Shown in pieces: positions 24,797 to 39,068 of a stretch of 64,000 nucleotides of DNA; the first letter of the stretch is position 1, and each line of letters begins with the position of its first letter. The stretch spans positions 46,624,001-46,688,000 of the forward strand of contig CM022665.1 in assembly GCA_012295275.1 (NCBI GenBank). The letters run 5' to 3'. A model generated the notes under the pieces. The model saw nothing but the letters and a program-made list of their open reading frames with translations. It was not told the origin of the DNA and did not search any database. Both the position numbers and the translations under genes were made by a program. Source of the stretch: Chrysomallon squamiferum. Taxonomy: Eukaryota > Animalia > Mollusca.

Positions 24797-27700
24797 CTAA
24801 AAACAAAAATTAATTAAAATAAATAAATCTAAAACACAAAATTAATGTAAAATTAATTTATAAAATAAATAAAAATAGAAACACAAATTAAAAAAAAAAA
24901 AAACACTGATTTATTCTTTGTATATTTATATATATATTACAAAAGTTTTGGTACAAATAAAATTTTTCAGAAATCTTCCAAACAAACTTTAGACAAACAA
25001 AACAAATTAAAAAAAAATTTAAAAAAAAAAAAATAACTGCTTTCAAATAAACTATTATTATGTATTTTGTATTAATAATAATATATTATATATTTTTTTT
25101 TTTTTCTGCATGAAACTTTTTACTTATTTTTTAATTTTTCATAAAATTATAAAAACATTAACCAAAATAAAATGAAGTAAGATATACTGTATTAAGTAAC
25201 TTATTATAAATATGTAATTATCATTCCTGTTATTTAAATCTGAAATTAGGTTGTACTGAAAACTACACCAACATTATAATTATAAATTTTAATTTAAAGG
25301 CTTGAGGAATAATGATTCATATAACTTTAATTCTTATTTTTTATCATAAATTTCTATAAAAAAAAATTTAATTTTTGTATATGTTTGTGTACCTTTATTA
25401 TGTATATATATATATGAAATAAATTTGTATTGAAAACTAAACAACAGTAATTATAAATTTTAATTTATAGGTTTAAAAAATAATGATTTATAATTATATA
25501 AAAGGATCATAATTTTTTTTTTTTTTGTTGTTGTACATGTTCATCCATGTGTATGCATGCATATGGTTCCTTATTATTTATTTTGTTGTAATGTGTGAAC
25601 AACAGAAACAAGACTTGTAATATACAAACTGCCAACACACAATGTGTATGGATTATAGTGACTTTGTCCCACAGCTGTCAGCCTCACAGAAACAGATGAC
25701 AAACAGAGGTGGGTGGCTGTGTTTGTTTGTTTTTTTTGTTTTTTAAACAAAATATGTTTTCATTTCATGATAAAAAAAATGCATGTAGAAATAAGTGGAG
25801 CTGTTACAGATAACAAAAAAAAAAAAAAGAACCCCACTGATCACACAAAAAAAAAGAAAAAAAGAGAGTAGTAAAGTCTCTTTCATGTTTATAAAAAAAA
25901 AAAAAAAAAAATGAAAACCATTTGTGGTTTAATTATAACTAAAAAAAAAAAAATAATAATAATGAATGCATCTCCTGAATTTTTATGTATAGAAACACAC
26001 ACACACATATATCTCTCTCTTTCTTTTTCTTTCTCTCTCACATGTGTGTATATCTGAATTAAATACACTCACATAACCACTTACATTTAGCAAAAACATC
26101 ATACTATAATTTAAACACAGAAAATAATTAAAATCAGTTTCAATGGCGTGATACTCTAATTTTTCTCTTCTTTTTTTTTTTTTGATACTTTGACAATATC
26201 ACAGAAATGTAAAGCAACAGTTAATATTTATAAACATATAAATTTTAAAACATTTAAAAAGTGTAGTTCAGAATACTGCTGCATAGCATCATCACAGCTC
26301 ATGTGAAGATAATTATATCTGCTAAGTTTCGTACAACTGAAACAAATTTAAATTTGATTAACCACTCAGACAAATATGTCCTGACAAAATGACTCAGATC
26401 TGGTTTTTCTCTTCTGCTGTGGATGTGACATTTTTTTAAAAATGTCCATACTCAGGTACTTGTGATGTTCATCTGCCATGCTTCAGTTGAATTGTTCTCT
26501 ATGTGACAAAAGAAGGGTTATCAGCATCATTAACATGCTGTTGTGAACTGGCTTCTAGTGCGGTAACATGCAGTGATATACACAGACACCACACAAACAT
26601 TCTGCTATGTATATTTTATACATTACACACTCCCATAAAGGCAGAGAATCATAAAAATAATAAAAATCAGTTTAAAATCACAGCACATGTTTAAAGACCC
26701 ACAAAGTGCCTAACATAATTTAAAACATTTTTCAATGAATAGTTATCGTGTGTTAATATGTGGTTGTTTTGTTTCTTTTGTTGCTGTTGTTCTTGTTTTA
26801 GATATAAAAGAGAAAATCTGCTATTTCCATTTGCGTGGCTAATTTAATTAATTAGATACAAGGAATAGTTCACATACATCATTACATCATCCTTTAAGTC
26901 AGATGCAGGACAGGAAATACATTTGGCCTACCCTATCTGTATGTATACACATATACAAATACTGAAGATACTGAGAATACCTACCTACCAACATACATAC
27001 AAACATGCATATATTACAAACATTACATTATATTACATGCATATATATATATATATATATATACATACACCCACATCCACACCCCCACACATACATACAC
27101 ACATTCAGATTAGATATATGATATGTTATAATACATAATTTCATCCTGATATATTCAGACACAACACAAACAGAAGGACTCCTGGTACCATGAGACAGAC
27201 GGTTAGTTAGGTCTGGGTACAATATTTCACAATAACAACACCAGCATGCCTGTTACTTCTTATGCATATTTAGCAGACAGCACTGTGTACGATAATTACA
27301 GATATTCATTTTCCACAATAGTCTGGATTTTTCTCACTTTTTTGGTTGATCAAAACCACAGCAAACACAGCCTGACTGTATAGTCTATTCACAACAGCAT
27401 GGAATACTCCAACTACTTTCACCTTCTTTATGAATAAGAAAAATGTGTCTTCTTTTCATGTCACCCAAGTTGGAATGTGATTACAGCAATGTACCAGTCT
27501 TGAATTAAATGGCTGATTGGTGAAAGCATTAAAGCCCAGAGTCCTGTACTCAAGTGAAAACATAACTGTCAACCTACAGAGTTTTAAAAAACACAACAAG
27601 GTGTTACAGTTGTGTGTATGAGGATAAAAATAAGCAGTGATCCATGTGATGTGGCTTCAGGGCAAATTGTTAACAATGAAATGAATTCCTCTCCAGATCA

Positions 27701-30123
27701 AAGATTTGTGTACACACATTAAACTACTTTTTATCACCGAAGTCAATTATACAATAAATCTAATATATAAAGGTGGGGGGTGGATGGAAGGCAGGGAAGA
27801 AGAACTAAAAAGAAACCTTCAAAACTTAGTACAAAAGAACTTTCAAAAGCATAATACTAAATATAGAAATGTATTCTAATATTAACAATAATAACATATC
27901 ATAAGAAACCAGCAAGTATGCATATCTAACTAGGAATTACTGGGGACACCATTTCACACAGCTGTTCAAAATACAGACACATGACCTAACAGCTCTGGCA
28001 AGTATTTACTCCTGTTAATATATGTACCATCAGTGAATAAACCACTGCATGGTTTTAATTTATGTGTTATTTTATTTTTTAAACAGTTACCTATTTCAAA
28101 AATTATTTAAGAAAATTTGAAACTGAAATTTAAAACTTCTGTGTATATCGACAGAAATTATGGATTTTAAGAAAAAGTTTAAAACTGAAGTTTGAAAAAA
28201 AAAATCTATACATACTGACAGAAATTATGCATTTTCAGAAAATAAATTTTGTATTTTAAAATCTGTTCATTGTTCCTTGGAAATGAAATCTCTCTCTTGC
28301 AATGGGTTTCAGCTAACCTGTTCTTACAAGGGACCATTCTTTTTTTGTTCTTTGTTGGAAGGACAGTTCTTTTTTTGATTCTTTGTTAAATGCTTATAGG
28401 GATCAAGAAAAATGTGGCAGTTTTAAACAGGATGACTTTAGATACTCATTTTATATTTATTACTGGGAGCGAAAAATATCATCTTAAGTTAACTCCAAAT
28501 GTTATTGGCATCTGTGGCTACTATCAACGTCAGCCTGCAATGAAAACTGTCAAATGAAACACGTTTTCTCCTTACTTTAAAGCTGTATAAACATATAAAG
28601 CATGGATACTTATTTAATATATGTAAAAAAGCAAGTTGTGTGTGTGCGTGTGTTTGTGTGTGTGTAAAATTTTAAATCTATGCCAGTGTTGATGAAACCA
28701 AATTGAAATTTGTATAAAAACATATTAATCAACAACAATCCAGTTTATATAACAACAGATGTGGTTTGTTTTATAACACAAACAAATGCAAGCATGCGCA
28801 CATAAGTACATACAGTTATTCAAATAGATATAATTTGTTTCACATGAGTGAGATATACTAATTATTCAGAAACTGCTATTATTAATAATATATCTAAAGA
28901 AATATTTCAGTGGATTTTTATCTGTGCGATTTTTGAGTCTTCACAGCCAATAGTGCTCACACTACATATCTGTATAATATTAATGTTCTCAAGCTTATTA
29001 GTAATAAATAAAAATAAAAATAAAACATTAAAAATTAAAATAACTGTAAAAATTGTGGCATGCAGCTGTCACCTGACGTTAAATATATACAGTTTTCAAC
29101 TAACTCTGGCTTTATTTTCTTCTAGTGCACTTTGAATGTACTTTTGAACGCTGACATTTAACCAAAAATCTGGATTCAACTTTAGGAAAGTTGTAGAAAG
29201 TAAATAGATTTAAACAATGAGGGACTCTTTCTATTTTTTGACTGTACCTTAAATATCCTACACTAAATATTCACCTGTGTGAACTGTAATGCTGTGTGTA
29301 ATAATTCACACGTGCATTGTCATTATTTGCTCACAACCTATACATAAACTGTAAACTACCCGTGTTATATTCTCTTTTTTTTAAAGTTTTTGCTGCATCC
29401 ACAACAAAATGTGATCAATTTTCACACCTGTTGTGTTTTCTAAAAAAAAATCAAACATCAACAATACTTTTTTGTTTTCAGCTTAATTCGCCATTTGAAA
29501 CGAAGTGATTCTGATGCCTTTGTCCAATAATGTTAGCCAATTCAGGAAGAACACAGCAATTATAGCAATTATTTAAAAGTATTACTAACAGTCTAAGCAT
29601 GACATTACAAACAAAAGCTGTTGTGCAGTATACAACAGGTGAGAAAATAAATCATAATGGATAATGTGGGGGTGGGAACTACACTAGGGCATATCTACAA
29701 AAAAAAAATGTAGCTAAAGCAAGCTTTGAAACTGGAGCCCCATCCTTCAGATAATTTGTTCTTAAAAATCAGCTCATAAACACAAAGTAAAATTAATCAG
29801 AAAGTGCTCAGTGGCATTCCCCTCTTCATGCAGCACCTAGGGCACATCCCATTCATGCCACACCTTAGACACACTGATGACTATGATCAGGAAGACTGCC
29901 ACTAAAGACATATCACCAGTGGTGACTGTTTGGCAACTCACTTACAACCTAGAAAGTTCATATCTCAAAAACATACTGATATGTTCATATTTTTACTCCC
30001 TGAGGTTACAAGATATAAAAACTGCTGTCCTGAGACCAAACAGCCTCTTGTCTGGACTAACAGTATTATGGACAAATCTCAACCACAGTGACAATAAAAT
30101 TTCTTAAATTTTATGGAACTGAC

Positions 30124-30203
<80 letters not shown>

Positions 30204-31082
30204 CTCGCTCTATTTCTCTTAATGTTGCTAATTTATGGCACAAATGTTGCAACAATTTCAGAGTGGATTTGGAATATGTTAACAAAATAGTTTTGATGTT
30301 TCAAAAACAAACAGTACAATAATTGTAGCTAATAGTATTAGTATAGCAATTTGTGTTAGATGCCTTTATGTGAGACAGTATTCTTTACAAATTTGAATGC
30401 ATTATCAAGATTATGTTTATGCTTTACTCTAAGTACACAGTTTTTGTTTTTATAACTATTCACTTTCTGTACAAAACGATAATGACATCTTCTAATGTAA
30501 GCTTCCAATACATTATATAGTCAAGTGTGTCAGAAATAATAAATTGTTGTTCTTCATTGAATCAGCTTAAATTAAGACTGGGATCTTTTTCAAATATTAA
30601 TGTACTAGCCATTCCAACACTTAAATGGATGATGAACGAATATGATGAACGAATATAATGGATTGTTTTACAAAACAGTAAACATATTAGCAGTGCAATC
30701 TATCATAACAAATGAAAAACTGCAATTTGTCCGTGAGGGAAAAAAAAAAGAAGAACAAAAAATCAACATCACAACACGATCCATTATATGAACGCAAAAG
30801 CAATAAAAAGAGAAAGCTTTTTGCAAAAGATATAGGACTATTACATCACTATACCTGAAAAATTCCATGCTTCCATATTTGGTTTTTCGGTCTTCTGTAC
30901 CAAATGAAATAATTTACTCTCAATCCTTGTTATTGCAAAATGAAGCAGGTCGCCCAGCGCCCTCTGTAGCATAACTAGGGGAAGCAATTTACAAACTTTC
31001 ATTCCTTCATGTGCATTAAGGCCCTTGGATTAACTTGACGATTCGACCATTTTATTGATCATGTGTTTTCTTATAACATCTA

Positions 31083-31138
<56 letters not shown>

Positions 31139-31409
31139 CATCATCATCCCATTATGTCAGAAAATATAAACATTCAGGTTCTATCAAAAGAAATCACTTC
31201 TCATATTTTGTTCTTTTTATCCCTTACAGTTTTGTGTATTTAATAATAAAAGAAATGTTACGTGATTATTCACGTCATTATTATGATTATTACATTCTGT
31301 AGCACTCCTTATACGAAGATATAATAAGAATAATGACAATAGTAATTAATTAATAAATAAATTAAAATTATTTGTTTGGAAATCTTACAGTTAACTGAAA
31401 TGATATTTT

Positions 31410-31474
31410 GATTTCGACGACACTCGAACTCATAGTCTTGAAGTCAGACACCGCTATCATTAGGATACAGGACC
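31410..31474 (-). pseudogene. Degenerate tRNA (Arg-TCG-like) pseudogene or tRNA-derived SINE head
   Basis: Reverse complement GGTCCTGTATCCTAATGATAGCGGTGTCTGACTTCAAGACTATGAGTTCGAGTGTCGTCGAAATC retains a D-loop-like CCTAATGATA, GTCTGACTTC and B-box GTTCGAG. The 3' half of the anticodon arm is deleted. Confidence 0.55.
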
Positions 31475-31639
31475 GCTTGTGTCCATGTGCGTATTTATAC
31501 AAATAAATCTATATTATATTTACCATTTAATTAACATTTAATTTTAAAGAATGTTTTAAAAATATGACACGATACATGTCTGTTCGTTTCATTAAGAACT
31601 GAATACATATGAAGAATGAAGGGTGAAGAAGATATTGAC

Positions 31640-32249
31640 CAGTTCCCCGTTCGCCATTTTTATTCCAAATACAGTTTACAGAACCTTTTAAATTATCAGT
31701 TTTAACTTAAAATTACTTTTTCAGATGTGTGAATAATAATAGCGCTTATATTATTATTTTTTATTATTGGTGATAATAACAGTAGTTGGATTATTATTAC
31801 GTTATATAAAAATGAAAATACTAACCATTGTACAAAACAGAGAAGTGAATAGAGACAGATGATGTTCTGTCATAAAGAAATGTTATTTATCACTAGCGTG
31901 TTTATTATTATTATTATTATTATTAAATAAATTTTCCAAATTTTATGTTATTTATTATTTCAAAAAAAAAAAAAAAATGAAAGAGAAGAAATTCTCTTCA
32001 TCTTCATTCAGTCTTTTTATGGACAATTCATTCGAAGGCATGCTGAAAAACATAACAAAAACGTGTAAAAAAAAACGTCAAAAATTATTATCGCTTATTT
32101 AACTTCATCCCGAAGAGAAAGGTTTCCTCTTCAAATTCTGCTTGAGAAACTTGTAGGCCGTTTCGCGCATTTCAAATCTAATTTGTTATCTGTTAGCCAT
32201 AATTATGAAATCTCTCTTGCCCAGCTTGGTTATTAATTTTACATTAATG

Positions 32250-32308
<59 letters not shown>

Positions 32309-34300
32309 TTAATGTGTTGTTGTTTGTTTGTTTTTTTTTTTTTTTTTTTTTTTTTACGATTGACCATCACTTCATTTAGATTTTTTTAATTTTTGGGTAA
32401 ATGGTATTTTTTTTTTTTTAAATTTTTATTCATTCATTCTTTATTATTATTATTATTATTATTATTGTTTTTTGGGGGGGTTCTTTTTTGTTTTGCTCGG
32501 TTATTTTTATTTTGAAAAACGAAGTAAAAAAGACTAGAAAAAAATATAAAAAATAAAAATAATAAATAAATAAATAAAAATTCCCTAAAATTCTTCACGT
32601 CTCCTAACTCAGGTTTGTGCATGTGAAATAATGGCTCGATACTTTAGAAAAACGATTTTGTAAATAAGTGCAGATCCGATTTCTTTTCTTTCTTTCTTTT
32701 CATTTTTTATTTTTTGAACGTAGGTATTCAGAACCACAGTTCACATATTACAGTGGTTAATTCAAAGACGACAATACACAATGCATTGATTTCTTTCTTC
32801 CACAGCCTCGATCGCAAAACGTGATGAAAAAAATGAACAAAAACGAATGTATAAACATAATTAATTTATTCGTAACCACACCACCATTTAATATTGTATC
32901 TAGTAAATGAATAAAGTTTTATGTCATGTAACAAATTTGGTTACATAGAAACAATACAAATGTAAAATGTAAGTGACTCGAATCTCTGCAACAGTCAAAT
33001 ATTCAACTCAAGATAGAAACATATCTATATGTATATAATATGTATAGTTATATATGTATATTTTTGATAACATATATATTACAAGTATATTTAAACTTAC
33101 AACATTCAGTAATAACTAATAAAAAATTTGCGTTTGCTTCGGAACTGATTTTGGTTCATTTCACTAAGATGTGTTAGTAATAATGATGATAATAAATAAA
33201 TAAATAAATAAATAAACAAACAAATAATATATATATTAAAAAAAAAAAAAAATAAAGAATTTAATGATCGGAAAATCCATATTATAAAGCTGCCTTTTTA
33301 GTTTTGTACAGAATTGTAATTTTGGTGGTATAAGACATATTTCAAACATATTTTATATATTTCTAAGTTATGTTGTATTTATTTATTTATTTATTTATTT
33401 CACTCCGTTTCGTTTTCTGTTCAAATTTAATTAATGACTATGTTTAAAAACAAAAGAGTACATTTTAGACGTATCTGGGCGCAGCCATTTTTCTGTAATC
33501 GCATTCAGAACGGACTGATAACTAGTGGTCAGAAAAAAATAAAATATTGTTATTAGTTTGATGACGTATGGACTTCATTTCTATACAAATCAAACGGGGA
33601 CGTTCAAATCGTTTGTAACATTTTTAATTAACTTTCATATTTTTGTTATGAAATTAAAATAATAACATGGAAGTAGACATGTCAAGAATTTTTTTGGAGG
33701 ATATAAAAACAAATAATAATAAAGTTATCACAAATAACACTCTAGCTCATTGTTTGAATGTTTGTTAAGTAATAAATCATATTTACAAAATGATATTAAA
33801 ATAAATAAATAAATAATTTTTAAAAGTACATAAATTTTAAAAAAAAAAAAAAAAAAAAACTTATTTTTATATATTTTGGCCTTGTTATATTTGTGACGTC
33901 ATCGATTGTTAGTGACGCACAAACCATCAAAATTAGTCTCTTTTTAAATATAATTCAGTTTGCTTTTCAGTTTGTTTTAATTTTTCAGTTTTTGGTACAA
34001 ATAATTTATTTTAGTTGTTTTGAAATTTATTTTCGTGAACGTGAACTAAAGACTAATCAGAGGAGAATTTTAACGGTGAGTTAAATTTTCTTTATTTTTT
34101 CTGGAGAATGATACGTAGTCTGGTGACGCAATAATTGAATATTGTTAACGATTAATTATACTTACCGAGGAGAAAATTATATGTGCGCCATATATTGATT
34201 TTCATACTTTGTAAAGTTCTGCAGTTTTATTTGAAAATAATAATTTTACAACGTCATAGTTCAAATTCAGGGCCGCATTTTGGGCTATCTTTACTCTTCT
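31640..34300. promoter_or_regulatory. CpG-enriched promoter zone upstream of REV3L
   Basis: E2F site TTTCGCGC 32161-32168 plus CHR-like TTCAAA 32171-32176; perfect CRE TGACGTCA 33894-33901 and TGACGCA at 33913 and 34124; YY1-like AAAATGGC on the minus strand near 31655 and 33488; strong minus-strand donor G|GTAAGTAT at 34166. Confidence 0.5.
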
Positions 34301-34829
34301 GCCCATTATTATTATTTTTTTTTTTTTTAGGTTAATTTTGGAAAATGATATCTTAATTTTACAAAGAGCTAAAATTATTTTTGTATCTTATTTTATGCAT
34401 GTTTGTGTTTTTAATCACTACATGTATGTATAATTCGTTCGGAGTTTATTTGACTTTCAAAATAACTGACGTTTATACTGCAACTGGCCGAGAACGTAAA
34501 ATTGTCTGTTTCCAATCAGAGCATTATATATATATATATATATATTCAAAGATGAGATTTACTTTTTTAACGAGCGGAAAATTTGTAACATTCTTTACTC
34601 ACTGATAACATTTAAATATAAATAAATAAATAAATAAATAAATACAACAAAAATTAAATTATAATAATTTGATTTTTTCATTAACATACGCACTCTTCTT
34701 AATCTGAAAATGTAAGTGATAGCTTAGAAAAAAAAAAAAAAAATGTAATAACTGTTTTGTGAAATAAATAAAAACATAATTTATATTTCCAAAATTTTCC
34801 TTTTGATGTTTAACTGGAATCTTGCATAA

Positions 34830-34860
<31 letters not shown>

Positions 34861-36495
34861 AATAAAATAAAATAAAATAAAATAAAATAAAATAAAATAA
34901 ATGAAACGCGAACTATTACGTTTTCGGACCTGGGTGATGAACTGATTCAACTAAACAGGAATACACACAAAAACAAATGTTTGCTGATTAACAGTAATAA
35001 AATATAAAAATATAAAAAGGATAACAACATGAGACAATATGCTTTTTTTTTTTTTTTTTTTTTTTTTTTTCTTTCTTTGAAAATGAACATGACGGAGAAA
35101 GAATCAATAACGCAAACACACAGCTCTTATTTTGAATAGTGAAAGAAAACAAATATTGATACAGACCCGTATTGGAGACATTAAAAAAAAAAAAAGAAAT
35201 GAAAAAAAGATTAATAATAATATGGTTGAAATGTATTCGAAACCATAACACATTTCAAAACTGTACATTTGTTTTCTTAATTATAAAAAAAAGAAAAAAA
35301 AAAAAAAAAAACAAACAAACAAATCCTCCTAAATCCAAAACAAATTAAGTAAAAAGTTAGATGCAACACAAACAGATTTAGTATAATAATGATAAAACAA
35401 AGTAAAATCTCTGATTTTGTTTTGTGGGATATTTCAGTTGGCAGAAGTGAATATTTTTATTAAGATTTATCTTTTAACAACTTGCCTGATCTTGTAATAG
35501 AAAAAGCTTAATTATGATATATATATATATTTTCCTTTAATATGAAGATGTCAAAATGTCATTATAAATAAATAAATTTGAAAAAAAATAATAATAAAAC
35601 TGCTGCAACTAAAGGTAGATAACTCTGTCACATAACTGTTGCCTGCAGCTTGAAGAATTTACAAAACTTATATTACATCTGTGTTGATTTAAAAAAACGA
35701 AGATTACTTACTTTAATTAATATATTACTTCTGTACCTGAATTTTTTCTTGTGTATTTTATTTATGATTATTATTTTTTAGCATTCTCTTTAATATTTTT
35801 GGTTAAAGTTTTGATTACACATCCTGTATCATTTATCAAGCATACAAAATAACCCAGCAGTTTAAAATGATAGAGACTGGATTCATTTTGTTCTTTTTGG
35901 AAAATCTTCACACATCATTTTTTAATTCATTCTCTCTCTCCTTTTCTTTCTAATCATGCTGCCTTGAATTCATATTAAGAAATGTCTATTTTTGAAATGG
36001 AAAGAAAGAAAAAAAAAAAAAAAAAACGTTTCTGGGGAAAAAAAAAAGAGAAAAAGAAATGACAGTTTAGCCGTAAGCACTGGTAAAACTTGAAATCAGT
36101 AAATTGTTTTTATTATCCTGCCACAGATGTTTCTAATTAGCTTAATTACAGTTTATTTGTGTCTAGAATGTTGAGGGTTGGGGGAAAAAAAAAAAAAAAA
36201 AGATGAAGGAATGTTAATTTAAATCTCCAAATGCTGGCAGTTAATCAAGGAAATTTAACCATTTTTAGCAGAAAAAAAAAAAAAAAGAATCATTTGTTAT
36301 CATCATTTAAAAAAAAGTTTTATTTTAAGAAAAGTAAATATCAATAATAAAAATTTAACATTAAAAACTATATATATATATAATTTTTTAGTTATTGGTA
36401 ATACAAATTTTATCATGGTTTTAAAATGCTTATTATTTTAAATAAGTAATATCGAAGAGGATGTGTCTGATGAATTGTACAAAATATTAATAAAA

Positions 36496-36526
<31 letters not shown>

Positions 36527-38802
36527 TAAAATAAAGAAATAATTTGAAACCTTTAAGAAAAAAAACAACAATAAACCAAATGGTACAGACTCTGTGAGGT
36601 AAATATGACTGTGTGAAAAAAAAATGAAAGCTAATCTATTTATATTGTTAATATCATACTGTAAAACTGTCCTGAGAAGAAAAATGTCACAACATTAATG
36701 AACTGTGGCATTACAACCACCGTAAACAGTTCAAATACATCTCGCAAGCTTCCAACTCTAAGAGTTGTTTAATACAAACCTTTACTAATAACAAAGTATA
36801 AAAAAATAACAAGAAAATAAACGGAGTGCTGATATTTTTTTTTTTTTTTTTTTTGAAACACTAACCACCTGAGAGACACTGTTATTATACTTTATTGTTA
36901 GGAAAGATTGTTGTGAATCACATAGAAGATTTCTTGTGTACTTCCAAGTCACAGAGGTTTTTTTTGAAACAAACCTCTGTTGGTAATTAAGTATATGATG
37001 AAAATGTTTATTTTTGAGAAACCAGCATGAACTTATTTTTATACTTTATTGTTAGGAAAGGTTTCTGAGAATCACCTATAGACTGATTATGTTTTCAAAA
37101 TTTCTTGTCTACTTTGAAGTCAAAGATTTATTTAAGACAATGTTTGTTAATAATAAAGTATAAAAATAATTTGAAGGTTGACATTTTTCTTTTATTTAAA
37201 TCAGTCTTAAGATGGTATTTATACTTTATTGTTAGGAAAGGTTGCTATTAGTCGCTTAAACAACTAACTGGAATTTTTCAGCACCATGTCAGTTCATGGT
37301 TGCTTTTTCAGTTTCATATGATAGAATTCCATATTCATGTTTGAAAAATATTTTTGTAAATTAAAAAAAAATGTAATAATAATAAAAAAATAGTAAAGAT
37401 TGCTTGCAGGTATCTTACTTAGTTTCACAAACAGTTTTTGAAACATCAGTGTAATTAAGACATTTTGATACATGACAAAAACATTAATCAAAACATACAT
37501 ACATACATTGTAAGTTGGTACATACACATAGCCAAATGTGTCGACAAAATCGAACAGTCTGATACCAAGTGGAAGGGGGTGGGTTCTGGGAAACCACACC
37601 CTTTGATATGTGCACCTGAATTTTTTCTCACTCTCGAAGATTTCGCAGGGGGGTGGGGGGGACACCTGAAGCTGGAGGGCAGAACCAGGGTTCCACGCCC
37701 CTCCATACAGTGTCAGTCTGTGGGGGGGGGTATCCATCTATCTCTCATGCTGATGTGGTCCACTGTAACTGTGAATGATTTCTGGTGGGCAGTGGTGAAA
37801 TTTAGATTTTCTGTCGTCATCATCTACTATCTTTCTAGCTGAGATAAATGCTACTTTTTATTTTTGATACAATAGAGTGCTGTCTATGCTATAAGACATG
37901 GTTTTCTAATCAGAAGACTAGGGACAAAGTTTGTTTTTGAATTACCAATATATATTTGTTGGCAGTATTATTATATTTTTTTTCATTTTTTTGTTTTAAT
38001 AAAATTAATGGCAGTGGAAGGGTTTTCATTTTGAAGATGTTTTTTTCCTTTGTTCTCAAAATGATATATAAATATTTATATATTAATGGATTTTGGTTTT
38101 TTTTTCCCAATGGATTTATTTTCTTTCTTAAATCACCATTATTCTAACTGGAAATTTAATTATTATATTATTATTTATTATTATTATTATATTTTATATA
38201 TATATATTGGGATGCTGTGGTGGAAAGAGAAAAGTATTTTAAGTTATTTAATAGAGTATTTAAAATTCTCTCTGTGGGATTTGAAAGAAAGTAAAATAAA
38301 TAATTATTCTGGAATTGGTTATTTTGTGAAACAAAGATTAATTTTTCTTAAACGTGGTGACTTAGGTTGTTAAATGACTAGTTTCTAGAAACAAAATGAA
38401 TGTGTAACAACAACAACAGCAGCAACAACAACAACAAATGAGGTCTACCTATCACACAGATTCACACTGTTGACTAGTGCTCAATATCAAAGTTTTTTCT
38501 AATTCTGTTGAGGTCATTAAATCTATCACAGAAGAGAAAATAGTTAACTACTGTTTACAAAGAACATTTGTAAATAAATAAATAAATAAATTAATAAATA
38601 AATATTCTTTTTCTCTCTCTCTCTCTCACTGACAATTGAAAGGTTACTGAGGTTAAAAATCCAATCACTGAAAATCTTTTTTTTATTCTGCATGTTATTT
38701 ACCTTACTGTCATTTTTGACATGGTTATAAGTACCAAGGTTTTTTAAAGATTTTTTTTTTTGTTATGTAATTTATTTTACTTGTCTTGTTTAATCAGTTA
38801 TG

Positions 38803-38847
<45 letters not shown>

Positions 38848-39036
38848 AACACACAGACAAATGGGAAAATCACATATTTAAAAAAAAAATAATTAGAAAT
38901 TCATCACACAGTCTTATGACAATAAACCTAACATGAAATAACAAACTCTCAACATTGAAATATCATTATGGGGTAGAAGAAATGTTATATGTCCTTTTTT
39001 GTTTTTTTCAATAAATATTTTAAATAATAACAACAA

Positions 39037-39068
<32 letters not shown>

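Noticed and set aside
34158-34170. ATACTTACC resembling the U1 snRNA 5' end
   Set aside because: No downstream U1 sequence; better read as a minus-strand splice donor.
34930-34990. Possible box C/D snoRNA (GTGATGA...CTGA)
   Set aside because: Short, no terminal stem, and no recognisable rRNA complementarity.
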